The position numbers and the translations under genes were made by a program. From contig JBGQJK010000001.1 of assembly GCA_041499035.1 (NCBI GenBank), forward strand, positions 12,314-76,313: a DNA stretch of 64,000 bases, in the 5' to 3' direction. The notes beneath the pieces were generated by a model that did not search any database, had not been told where the DNA came from, and worked only from the letters and a program-made list of their open reading frames with translations. Positions 11,747-20,472 of the stretch are shown piece after piece. The stretch is from Patescibacteria group bacterium (GTDB lineage Bacteria > Patescibacteriota > Microgenomatia > UBA8517). Numbering within the stretch: position 1 is the first letter of the stretch; each line of letters starts with the position of its first letter.

Positions 11747-12538
11747 ATGAAAATTACTAACGAAACGTCCCAAAATCACGTCAATATATTAGGAATTAAA
11801 GTCCTTAGCACTCAGGTGGGCCGTTTGCTAGCAAACGTGAGAGACAATATAACCCATAATTATAGATTTTATATTGTAACCCCAAATCCTGAACTTGTTT
11901 TGGCTTCAACATCCAATTCATTACTCAAACTTGCCCTTAACTCTTCGGATTTTTCTATTCCGGATGGAGTAGGTTTAAATTATGCTTCAAGGTTTCTATA
12001 TGGAAAGCCGATAAACATTATTCCGGGCAGAAACCTTTTTCATAATCTAATAGAATTGGCTAACAAAAAAGGTTGGAGGGTATTTTTCTTAGGTGGAAAG
12101 GCATTGGAAGCCCAAAAAGCGGCGGATAGACTGAAATTGAATTACAAGAAAATAAGAATAGAAACCTTTTCCGGTCCTAAACTAAATAAAGATGGTCAAC
12201 CGCTAGGTGAAAATGATAAGTCTTTGCAAAAAGAGGCCGTTTCTATGATAAATAAATTTTCCCCCCAACTTCTCTTTGTGGCATTTGGTAATCCCAAGCA
12301 GGAGATTTGGCTCTATAAAAATCTTAAAGGCCTGAATATCGGGGGAGCAATGGCAGTAGGGGGTACTTTCCGCTACACCGCGGGGTTATCCAAACTTCCT
12401 CCAAAGTGGATGGAAAAAGCGGGCTTAGAATGGCTTTGGAGACTTATTACGGAGCCCCGGAGACTCGGAAGGATTATTAATGCATCAATTGTTTTCCCTT
12501 TAAGAGTTTTCCTATTTAAGATTGGAGTCCGAGACTAG
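11747..12538 (+). CDS. WecB/TagA/CpsF family glycosyltransferase
   Basis: VTPNPE, PDGVG, VAFGNPKQEIW, GLEWLWRLITEPRR. Confidence 0.93.
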   Translation: MKITNETSQNHVNILGIKVLSTQVGRLLANVRDNITHNYRFYIVTPNPELVLASTSNSLLKLALNSSDFSIPDGVGLNYASRFLYGKPINIIPGRNLFHNLIELANKKGWRVFFLGGKALEAQKAADRLKLNYKKIRIETFSGPKLNKDGQPLGENDKSLQKEAVSMINKFSPQLLFVAFGNPKQEIWLYKNLKGLNIGGAMAVGGTFRYTAGLSKLPPKWMEKAGLEWLWRLITEPRRLGRIINASIVFPLRVFLFKIGVRD

Positions 12539-12770
12539 GATTACAGGCCGCTCGGTCCAGGAAGTGTGATAAATCTGATGCTGAACCGTTTGTTTCAACT
12601 ATAGCTTCACCATTCGGTTGTATTCCGCCACAAATAGCTTCACCTAAGCGAATCGCGTTTGCTGCTCTTGCTGAGCAAGTTAGACATTTTGGGGCGATCT
12701 GCCTGGCTATTTCAGAATCTGAGGCCCTGATCACTGTCATATCTTTTCCTTCGATTAATTGTATAGACAT
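12516..12770 (-). CDS. Small 4-Cys hypothetical protein
   Basis: ORF fills the gap; TAAAAT just upstream; CxxC..C..C. Confidence 0.55.
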   Translation of the reverse strand: MSIQLIEGKDMTVIRASDSEIARQIAPKCLTCSARAANAIRLGEAICGGIQPNGEAIVETNGSASDLSHFLDRAACNPSLGLQS

Positions 12771-12902
12771 GTGTGGTATTTTATATGAAGCCGGATTTTT
12801 GTCAACCGGCCAAATATATATAGTAAGATTTTTTCAGAAGGATTTAAGTAGAGTTTCAAAATTGCCTATTGACATAGCCTGTGAAAGACGTAAATATATG
12901 CT

Positions 12903-13592
12903 ATGAAAAGGTTTTCAGTTGTTATTTTTCTTCTTGGACTGCTTGTGTTCCTTTCCGGTGCTTCATCCGCGAAAGCATTTTCGGCAGGTCCTGTTGGCAG
13001 AAATGCACTAAGAGCATATCCGGGCCCCGGAGTTGGTGAAGTTACAATTGATTGGCAGCGATATTTCCTGGATGGTGAGAATTTTTCGCTTCATTATGGC
13101 ACAGTCCCTGGTGGTTATCAGTGGGTTGCTCCTTATATTGGTTACATTAGTACTTATACAGTTAGAGGTTTGACTCCCGGTAAAAGATACTTTTTTGCGG
13201 TAGAGGGCATAAGAACGGGGGGATCGTCGGCAGGCTGGGATGGTGAAGTTTCGGCTATTGCGCCGAGTGCTCCGACTACTGTAGTTATAGGCGGCCCGAT
13301 TGGTAGAAACTCTTTGGTCGCAAAAACTGGAGCAAAAAGCGGTACGGTTGATCTTACCTGGAAGAGATTCTTTAATGATACCCAACTTTACAGCATCGTT
13401 TATGGTCTGCAACCGGGTAAGTTTATCTATGGAGTTTTAAACGCAGTTGATACAACTCCTGCAGATGTAGGTAATTATACCTACACAATTGGCGCTCTAC
13501 GCCCCGGAGTAAGATATTACTTCGCTCTGGTTCCTCAGAGGAATGGCCAGGCTATATACGTGAGTACTCAAACCTCGGCAGTAGCCAGATAA
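12903..13592 (+). CDS. Secreted protein with two fibronectin type III-like repeats
   Basis: Signal peptide; duplicated GP(V/I)GRN..V.(I/L).W.R..YG..PG..YT(V/I)..L.PG.RY.FA. Confidence 0.8.
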   Translation: MKRFSVVIFLLGLLVFLSGASSAKAFSAGPVGRNALRAYPGPGVGEVTIDWQRYFLDGENFSLHYGTVPGGYQWVAPYIGYISTYTVRGLTPGKRYFFAVEGIRTGGSSAGWDGEVSAIAPSAPTTVVIGGPIGRNSLVAKTGAKSGTVDLTWKRFFNDTQLYSIVYGLQPGKFIYGVLNAVDTTPADVGNYTYTIGALRPGVRYYFALVPQRNGQAIYVSTQTSAVAR

Positions 13593-13600
13593 ATTCTTCT

Positions 13601-14041
13601 CTATATTAGTTTAACTCTTTGAATCAAGCCGTCTATCTTGTCGGTAATTTTTTTGTAGATCTCCTCTGTTTCCGGAATTGCGATTGAATCCTGTTCCAGG
13701 CTATTTTTGAGATCTTCTATATCCCAGATTTCAAAATTCTTTCCCTCGAAGCCAAGCCCATCTACACACCAGTCGTACTGCATCTTCTGCATAAAGACTA
13801 TCAAATCCATGCCATCGAGCGATTCTTTAACTGTCTGGTGCCAAGTTGATGATTCAAAAGGAATCAAATTGTTATTCTTGATTATTCTTTGGGCTTGCCA
13901 AGTAATTGGCCCGTCAAGAGCATTACTGGCTTCAATGCCGCTCGAGCTAACCTCAAGCCCTTTTATCTGCTTCGAATTTAAATAAGCCTCAGCCATACGG
14001 CTTCTGAATGTATTTCCTTTGCAGACAAAGTGGATTTTCAT
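13601..14041 (-). CDS. Low-molecular-weight phosphatase / ArsC family
   Basis: FVCKGNTFRSRMAEA P-loop; WDIED. Confidence 0.85.
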   Translation of the reverse strand: MKIHFVCKGNTFRSRMAEAYLNSKQIKGLEVSSSGIEASNALDGPITWQAQRIIKNNNLIPFESSTWHQTVKESLDGMDLIVFMQKMQYDWCVDGLGFEGKNFEIWDIEDLKNSLEQDSIAIPETEEIYKKITDKIDGLIQRVKLI

Positions 14042-14045
14042 TATA

Positions 14046-14588
14046 TTATTTTGATTGCTTTTCCCAAACTTCGGCAAAATCCTCTTTGGCCCTGTAAATT
14101 CTTCCCTCAACCGCTCGCTCGGAGATTCCCATTATCTTACCGATTTGCTCGTAGGAATAATCTTTCCAATACTTGAACCACAAGAGACGTCTTTTTTCAA
14201 ACGGTAGTAAGTTCAGACAATCGTTGACGGAAACTCTTAATTCTTTAAGCGCCAAAGTTTCTTCCGGCGACAATTTATCTGTGTCAATATATGTCAAACT
14301 ATCAAGTAGAGGAACAATAAAGCGCGAATTTTCGTTGACTTGGTCATGATAGTAGTCGGCAATTTTGTTTAAAGCGATTCTGCAAAGCCAGGTAAAATAT
14401 GAACTTTTGTGTTCAAAAGCTTTATAGCCTTTCCATCCGGCAACAATTGTTTCTTCAAAAACTTCCTCAACTGCCGTTTGATCCTTTCTCAAATGTTTGG
14501 CAATGAATTTAAAAAGGGCGGGGGAGTATTTTTTATACTGTGCCTCAAACCGTTTGTGATGTTTAAAACCGAAGCGTGGGTTTTGCAT
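14046..14588 (-). CDS. ECF-type RNA polymerase sigma factor
   Basis: FTWLCRIALN (region 2); SYEQIGKIMGISERAVEGRIYRAK (region 4). Confidence 0.9.
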   Translation of the reverse strand: MQNPRFGFKHHKRFEAQYKKYSPALFKFIAKHLRKDQTAVEEVFEETIVAGWKGYKAFEHKSSYFTWLCRIALNKIADYYHDQVNENSRFIVPLLDSLTYIDTDKLSPEETLALKELRVSVNDCLNLLPFEKRRLLWFKYWKDYSYEQIGKIMGISERAVEGRIYRAKEDFAEVWEKQSK

Positions 14589-14612
14589 AAAACTTAGGAC
14601 TAATTATATACT

Positions 14613-14855
14613 ATGAACACTGCTGAAGGGATAAGGTCGGAGGAACGATACAGATTTGAAGCACCAACGGAAGAGATTAAGGCACCCAGAATTGATCTAA
14701 GCGAACTGCTGCAGGAGGGTGGCGAAATGTTACAGGAAGGCTGGAATTTGGTTTGGGAGTATCCCGGAAGCAAAGAAAATCATGAATGGTTTTTGGTAAA
14801 GTGGATTGATGGGAAGATCCAACAGGTTATAGGAAGTGGAAACGGAAGAAAATAA
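14613..14855 (+). CDS. Small hypothetical protein
   Basis: ORF fills the intergenic gap; no motif recognised. Confidence 0.5.
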   Translation: MNTAEGIRSEERYRFEAPTEEIKAPRIDLSELLQEGGEMLQEGWNLVWEYPGSKENHEWFLVKWIDGKIQQVIGSGNGRK

Positions 14856-14916
14856 GTGAGAAAATACTGCTTCAAGTTAAAATATCGCTTAATAATGTAT
14901 AATTCCAAGTGAATTT

Positions 14917-16002
14917 ATGAACAAAATAAACGGGTTGTTAGGCAAAAAATACCTCTCTGATTATCTGAAGAAATCTGACCCGCTTTTTGAACGATTTCTC
15001 AAGAAAAAGGAAAATGAGTCCAGAATGAACGATCCTTTGGATGGGGAAATTATCAAGCGTTTTACAGAAGTTGCTAAATTAGGCAAGAAAATAAGGGGGG
15101 CGTTAGTTGTTTTGGGCTATCAGATCGGTGCCGGAAAGATAGATAAAAACATTATAGATACCAGTCTCTTCGTCGAGCTGTTTCACGCAGGCGTTTTGGT
15201 TCATGATGATATTCAAGATCGAGGTGATTTTCGTCGTGGGCTGCCTACGTTACACAGGCAGTTTGAAAAGTTGGGATCAAAACTAGGCGTGACAATTGAC
15301 AAGTATCACTATGGTGAATCAATCGCAATTGATGCAGGTATTTCCGCTTACTTTTATTCTTTTGATAAATTACTAAAATCCAAGTTTCCTCAAGATCGCC
15401 TGATAGAAACCGCCCTTCTATATTCCAAGTATGTTCAAAGAGTCTCTGACGGACAGTCACTAGACATTACAGGGATGACTTCCAAAAAAGTTGAAGAAAA
15501 ATACGTTTTAACAATGCTAAAACTAAAGGCTGCAGAATACACCGGCGTTATGCCATTGCTTTGTGGAGCTTCTCTGGCGGGTATGAAAGATGCAACGAGG
15601 CTAAAAGCGATGGAAGAATATGGGCTCTGTTTTGGATGGGCATTTCAAATTCAAGATGACCTTTTAGGTTTATATGGTAATGAGATCGAACTGGGTAAGG
15701 TAGTAGGGTCTGATATAAAAGAGGGGAAGAATACGTTATTTACTTTCTATTTATCTAAACATGGCAATAAAGATCAAATTGCCTTTATGAAAAAAACTCT
15801 GGGTAATCAGAATGCTAGCAGGAAAGACATAAAGAATTTCAAACGCATACTTAAGGAGACAGGATCTTACGATTATGTAATTAAAACTGGCTGGAATTAT
15901 GTGGAAAGGGGTAGAAAACAAATTCCGTATATTACCCATGACCGGAAAATTCAAGACATTTTAGAGTCCTTAATTTATTACATGATGGAGCGAACACTGT
16001 GA
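14917..16002 (+). CDS. Trans-polyprenyl diphosphate synthase (IspA/GGPPS family)
   Basis: GKKIRG, HDDIQDRGDFRRG, GQSLD, FQIQDDLLG, GSDIKEGK. Confidence 0.92.
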   Translation: MNKINGLLGKKYLSDYLKKSDPLFERFLKKKENESRMNDPLDGEIIKRFTEVAKLGKKIRGALVVLGYQIGAGKIDKNIIDTSLFVELFHAGVLVHDDIQDRGDFRRGLPTLHRQFEKLGSKLGVTIDKYHYGESIAIDAGISAYFYSFDKLLKSKFPQDRLIETALLYSKYVQRVSDGQSLDITGMTSKKVEEKYVLTMLKLKAAEYTGVMPLLCGASLAGMKDATRLKAMEEYGLCFGWAFQIQDDLLGLYGNEIELGKVVGSDIKEGKNTLFTFYLSKHGNKDQIAFMKKTLGNQNASRKDIKNFKRILKETGSYDYVIKTGWNYVERGRKQIPYITHDRKIQDILESLIYYMMERTL

Positions 16003-16011
16003 TACTTTGGT

Positions 16012-16917
16012 ATGAACAAAGAAATTATAAATGGTGGCCATTTGGATATAGGAAAAGGACAGTATGAGTGGTGGTATTTCGATTTTGTCGGGAAAAACGG
16101 GGATGCTTTTAACATAATCATGCATGCCTCAGATGTCTTTGGAATTGATCAAAATACATACTATTCTGCATCTTTTTTATATAGAGATGGTGTCCAAAAA
16201 TATCTAAGGGGAAAGGAGAAGGGGTTTGAGATAAAAAGAGGGGGAGCCTTTCTTTCCGTCGAAAACGGACTCGTTCTTGAGGATGAAAAGTGGATTAAAT
16301 TTGACTTAGCATTTGACGACAGCACATCCATAAAAGGGAGGATCGAAAAAAATAAAAGATTAAAACCAATTAATAATGGTGTTTTATATGAGGCAGAAAG
16401 CCGGTTCGGGATGTGGGTTCCTTCGATTGTGAACGGGAAGTTTGATATCCAAATAACTAAAGATGGAAAAGAAAAGTTTTTTAGAGGGCATGCCTACCAT
16501 GATCACCAGTGGGGGAATTTACCGATACAAGAACATATCTATGACTGGGTGTGGGGCCACTTTAATCAAGGTAGCCTTGGGACCGTTTTTTTTAAGATTA
16601 GAACGAATTCCAACGATATAATAAATAGATACTATCTTATCGATTCCAATAATGTCATGTCCGGTTCGGATGAAATCAGAGAAGATTTTTTTGCGCAACT
16701 AATTAATAATCCTAAACCGGAAACTTCCAGATTAGATGTTAATATTGATATTGAAAGTAATGCACTATCCTTCAAGATTTCTCCCGATGAATTAATGCGG
16801 CGAAGAATAGGCGAAAGAGTTGGAGATAAGCTCTTTACCTATTTGCGGTGGAGCACGGATTGTGTATTTGGTTACAGAAAAATGCAAGGAATCACTGAAT
16901 ATATGAGGTTTAGATAA
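16012..16917 (+). CDS. CrtC/AttH-like (carotenoid hydratase / tocopherol cyclase fold) protein
   Basis: YEWWYFD and AYHDHQWG..WVWGH motifs. Confidence 0.7.
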   Translation: MNKEIINGGHLDIGKGQYEWWYFDFVGKNGDAFNIIMHASDVFGIDQNTYYSASFLYRDGVQKYLRGKEKGFEIKRGGAFLSVENGLVLEDEKWIKFDLAFDDSTSIKGRIEKNKRLKPINNGVLYEAESRFGMWVPSIVNGKFDIQITKDGKEKFFRGHAYHDHQWGNLPIQEHIYDWVWGHFNQGSLGTVFFKIRTNSNDIINRYYLIDSNNVMSGSDEIREDFFAQLINNPKPETSRLDVNIDIESNALSFKISPDELMRRRIGERVGDKLFTYLRWSTDCVFGYRKMQGITEYMRFR

Positions 16918-16918
16918 A

Positions 16919-17491
16919 ATGGATTTTACAATAGTTATTTTAGCTGGATATGCTGGTGCTGGTAAATCTACGATTGCCCGGTCTCTTTCGGGTCGATCTG
17001 GGCTTGGTTTTGTTGATCATCAAAAAGTCTTGCACGACATTGCGGCTTCCAAAGGTTTTGATCGATCAAGGTATTGGCTGGAGGAGGTCGGGTTTGAGGA
17101 ATTTACCAGAGAGTCTACCCGAAAATTAATTGAACTAACTGCGCAGGTTAAATCCGGCGGCGGTCGAGGTGTAATTTTAGACGCTGCTTATGGAACTCTG
17201 ATGGTAAAGGAGTTTAGAGATAAGTTTCCGGATTCTAAATTGCTAATTGGAGAGGTAATCGCAGGCCAAGAAATTCGCGCGGAAAGGATTGGGCATAGAA
17301 TGGGTGGTGTCAATAAAGAATCTGCTGCTTCTGAAATGAGATTCAGAGATGATTTTTTAGACAGTGTTGGCTTAGAACAAGTTCTCCCTCTTGTGGATTT
17401 TAGGATAGAAAATAAGGTGAATGGGAATTTAGATGAGGTTGTATTAGATATAGAGACAAAACTCAAAGGTCTTGGAGTCGGTATGGTATAA
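16919..17491 (+). CDS. P-loop nucleotide kinase (dephospho-CoA / cytidylate kinase-like)
   Basis: GYAGAGKST, VILD, DFRIEN. Confidence 0.7.
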   Translation: MDFTIVILAGYAGAGKSTIARSLSGRSGLGFVDHQKVLHDIAASKGFDRSRYWLEEVGFEEFTRESTRKLIELTAQVKSGGGRGVILDAAYGTLMVKEFRDKFPDSKLLIGEVIAGQEIRAERIGHRMGGVNKESAASEMRFRDDFLDSVGLEQVLPLVDFRIENKVNGNLDEVVLDIETKLKGLGVGMV

Positions 17492-17500
17492 TCTTCAGGC

Positions 17501-18751
17501 ATGGCAGAACAGATTAGTCTCCCCAAAGGCACGGTTCTTCCCAACCACATAGCTATGATCCTTGATGGCAACCGTCGCTGGGCACGTTCGCGTGGGTTTG
17601 AACCGTGGCAGGGGCACTATTATGGTTATAAGGCTGTTAATGCATTAGCGCACGCTACGCGTAACCTTGGGATCCATACGTTCACAGTTTGGGCTTTCTC
17701 TACAGAAAATTGGGAGCGACCGAAGCATGAAATTGACGAGATAATGAATATTTTCAGGCGGGCTCTCAAAGAAACCGAAAAGGATTTCCATAAAGAGCAC
17801 GTTGCTATGGTTCACCTTGGTAGAAAAGATAGATTGCCCATCGATATTCGTTCTGAAGTTGCAAGAATCGAGGCCGAAACGGCAAAATACGCGCCTGAGC
17901 ATATTTTTAATATGGCCATTGATTATGGGGGTAGGGATGAAATTGTCCGCGCCGTTCAAAAAATTGTTAAGGACAAAGTTCCGGCGGATAAGGTTGACGA
18001 AAAAGCTTTTGAAAAATACTTAGATACTTACGGGCAACCTTATCCTGATCCGGACCTTTTCATCCGTACCAGTGGGGAACAGCGTACAAGCGGGCTTCTT
18101 CCGTGGCAGATGACCTATACGGAATTTTATTTTGAGCAGGAACATCTTCCTGACTTTTCTCCCGAAAAACTAAAAGAGGCAATTTTGGACTATAGCAGAC
18201 GCAGGCGCAGATTTGGTGGCAACGATGCCCTGGAGCATTTTGGCTTTGATCCGGAAGTTTTGGCACGCTTGGAACTTAAATGGTGGAGACTCGGGAACGT
18301 TCCGGAGGGAATGAAACTTCGCGAATATGCCATGAAACATATAAGGGAACAATACGGGCTATCAAAGGAGCTCGGTACCCGGGCAGCTCGGCTTCTATTG
18401 GAAGCAATAGCCGAGGAAAACAGGAATAAGCTTGATGAAGCCAAAAACAGTCTCAAAAAGTTTTACAAACTTATTAAGGCTGAAGTTAAGTTGGCATTTG
18501 AACCGGAGATAGTTGCCTCACTCGAGGTAAGGATGCGAGGCGAAAAAGGGGAAGTGGAGGATACCACCCGCGAATATTTGGCGGAAGTTTATAGAATTTC
18601 ACTTTTCCAGGCGGCAAAGGCCGCTCATCTTAAAGTTCTGGCGTCTGTCGAGCGCAATTTAGCCCAAGCGGGGATGGGCGAGAACCACTGGGTTAAGGCG
18701 GAAGATTATCTCCAAAAGTACTACCGCGCACTGAAGGAACGTGTCGCGTGA
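17501..18751 (+). CDS. uppS: Undecaprenyl diphosphate synthase with ~170-aa C-terminal extension
   Basis: HIAMILDGNRRWA, AFSTENWERP, YGGRDEI, DLFIRTSGEQRTS, RRFGG. Confidence 0.95.
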   Translation: MAEQISLPKGTVLPNHIAMILDGNRRWARSRGFEPWQGHYYGYKAVNALAHATRNLGIHTFTVWAFSTENWERPKHEIDEIMNIFRRALKETEKDFHKEHVAMVHLGRKDRLPIDIRSEVARIEAETAKYAPEHIFNMAIDYGGRDEIVRAVQKIVKDKVPADKVDEKAFEKYLDTYGQPYPDPDLFIRTSGEQRTSGLLPWQMTYTEFYFEQEHLPDFSPEKLKEAILDYSRRRRRFGGNDALEHFGFDPEVLARLELKWWRLGNVPEGMKLREYAMKHIREQYGLSKELGTRAARLLLEAIAEENRNKLDEAKNSLKKFYKLIKAEVKLAFEPEIVASLEVRMRGEKGEVEDTTREYLAEVYRISLFQAAKAAHLKVLASVERNLAQAGMGENHWVKAEDYLQKYYRALKERVA

Positions 18752-18792
18752 CGACTGCGTGCGGCCAGGCTATGATTGCAGAAGCAATCGCT

Positions 18793-18822
18793 TACAGAGC
18801 ACTTAAAGAAAGAGTTGCCTAA
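18793..18822 (+). repeat. Synonymously recoded duplicate of the uppS 3' end (YRALKERVA*)
   Basis: TACAGAGCACTTAAAGAAAGAGTTGCCTAA versus TACCGCGCACTGAAGGAACGTGTCGCGTGA at 18722-18751. Confidence 0.9.
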
Positions 18823-18840
18823 AAAATAGTACAATCAATT

Positions 18841-20406
18841 GTGTTTAACCGAAGGCGCTTACCGATGGAAGTTGAGCTTGTGGTTTTAAGCTTCCTGGCA
18901 GTTTCTTTATTCACTTTTGCTTACTCATTACAAAACAATTCCCAAAAACCCCAAAAATCAAAAGCTGCAGGCAACACTTACTATGTTTCAACAGGCGGAA
19001 ACGACGCTAATCCAGGCTCGCTTGTCCTGCCTTTTGGAAGTCTAGCAAAAGTGGCCAGTGTGGCCAGAAGCGGAGACACAATTTTTGTAAGAGGCGGAAA
19101 TTATACCTCCGTTGTTGGCGGAGTTAAGTTTTCTGATAGTAATGTCACACTTCGTAATTATCCAGGCGAGCAGGTAGTTATCAAAATGCCTGCCGGGTCG
19201 CATAATAACGATTGGTCGATGTTCCAGTGCTGGCATTCCCCCCCAGGAACAGCGGCTGCAAATGGTTTTGAAGCTGATGGAATCAAAGTTCTTGGAACAG
19301 ACGTTAGCCCTCAAACTTTGCGCGACGGAGTTGTTAGTAAAAAAGGTATTGTTCTTTATACCGATCCGGGTCAATCAAATGCAACTGAAGCCAGTGGGTT
19401 TGAAGTCTCGGGTTGCAACAACTGGGAGGTTTCCGGCGTTGATTTTGTCGGGATGGGCTATGGCATTTTCCAAAAGAAGTGGCTCTACTCGTATGCAGGA
19501 ACAGGAGGGGTAAACTATGCAACTCATGGCTGGTACGTTCATAACAACCGTGTTTACGGCTATACACGGGAGTCCGGATTTCAATTCAATGGTAACTCAA
19601 ACTTAATTGAGAATAATGAGATTCATAAAGTTCTAACCTATACTAACAGTCCATATGGGTGTCAAGGTCTTAACCTACTCGGCCACGACAACATCGTCAG
19701 AAATAATACCATCGATATTTATGGCTCGCCGGTCAGGTGTGACGGAATTCTTTTTGAGTGGGACATCTCGGATAATAACCTCATCGAAAATAATATTATT
19801 TATGGCACCATCGGGTCTTCCTTTAATGTTCAGGGTGGGGATGGCAATATCATTCGTAATAATCAGATATCAAACGGCTACAATGTGTTTGCCCCAAACG
19901 GCAGTACGGCTACATCCTGGCCCTGTGATGAACTTGCTCCGGGTAACTCTGCCGCCTCAATTGTTCCCGCGAATAGCCCCGCAGCTACCGACTATCAGTA
20001 CTTTTGGAATCCCCGCGATTGTGCCTCAAGGAACAATCAATTTAGCGGCAATGTTGTAATACCACCGAGCGGAGTAGGTGGAAACCCTGTTCCTACACCG
20101 ACACCAACAAAAACTCCAAGCCCTACCCCAACGTTAACACCAACCCATACACCGTCGTCTTCACCTACAAAAACGCCTTCCCCTGGACCAAGCGGAACAG
20201 GAAGCCATACTCCCACACCAATTCCTACAGGAACCGCTAAAGTGGGGGATGTGAATGCCGATGGGCTAATTAATATCGTTGATATAGGGTTGATAATTGA
20301 CAATTATGGACAAAGAAACCCTTCATACGTAAAAACAGATGTTAACGGAGACGGCATAGTTAATATAATCGATATTGGCATCGTGATAGACAACTACGGT
20401 AAGTAA
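18841..20406 (+). CDS. Membrane-anchored right-handed beta-helix protein with PT linker and C-terminal dockerin (class A)
   Basis: YYVSTGGNDANPGS, NLIENN repeats, PT repeats, GDVNADGLINIVDIG..DVNGDGIVNIIDIG. Confidence 0.85.
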   Translation: MFNRRRLPMEVELVVLSFLAVSLFTFAYSLQNNSQKPQKSKAAGNTYYVSTGGNDANPGSLVLPFGSLAKVASVARSGDTIFVRGGNYTSVVGGVKFSDSNVTLRNYPGEQVVIKMPAGSHNNDWSMFQCWHSPPGTAAANGFEADGIKVLGTDVSPQTLRDGVVSKKGIVLYTDPGQSNATEASGFEVSGCNNWEVSGVDFVGMGYGIFQKKWLYSYAGTGGVNYATHGWYVHNNRVYGYTRESGFQFNGNSNLIENNEIHKVLTYTNSPYGCQGLNLLGHDNIVRNNTIDIYGSPVRCDGILFEWDISDNNLIENNIIYGTIGSSFNVQGGDGNIIRNNQISNGYNVFAPNGSTATSWPCDELAPGNSAASIVPANSPAATDYQYFWNPRDCASRNNQFSGNVVIPPSGVGGNPVPTPTPTKTPSPTPTLTPTHTPSSSPTKTPSPGPSGTGSHTPTPIPTGTAKVGDVNADGLINIVDIGLIIDNYGQRNPSYVKTDVNGDGIVNIIDIGIVIDNYGK

Positions 20407-20411
20407 TTCAC

Positions 20412-20446
20412 TTTACACTTTTCACGGAAAAGTTTAAGCTTAAATA
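20412..20446 (+). promoter_or_regulatory. Putative sigma70 promoter with palindromic operator upstream of the dockerin cargo genes
   Basis: TTTACA-17 nt-TAAGCT; inverted repeat ACTTTTC-ACG-GAAAAGT in the spacer. Confidence 0.4.
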
Positions 20447-20472
20447 TATTCGTGTTAGCGAATGTGTTTGGT

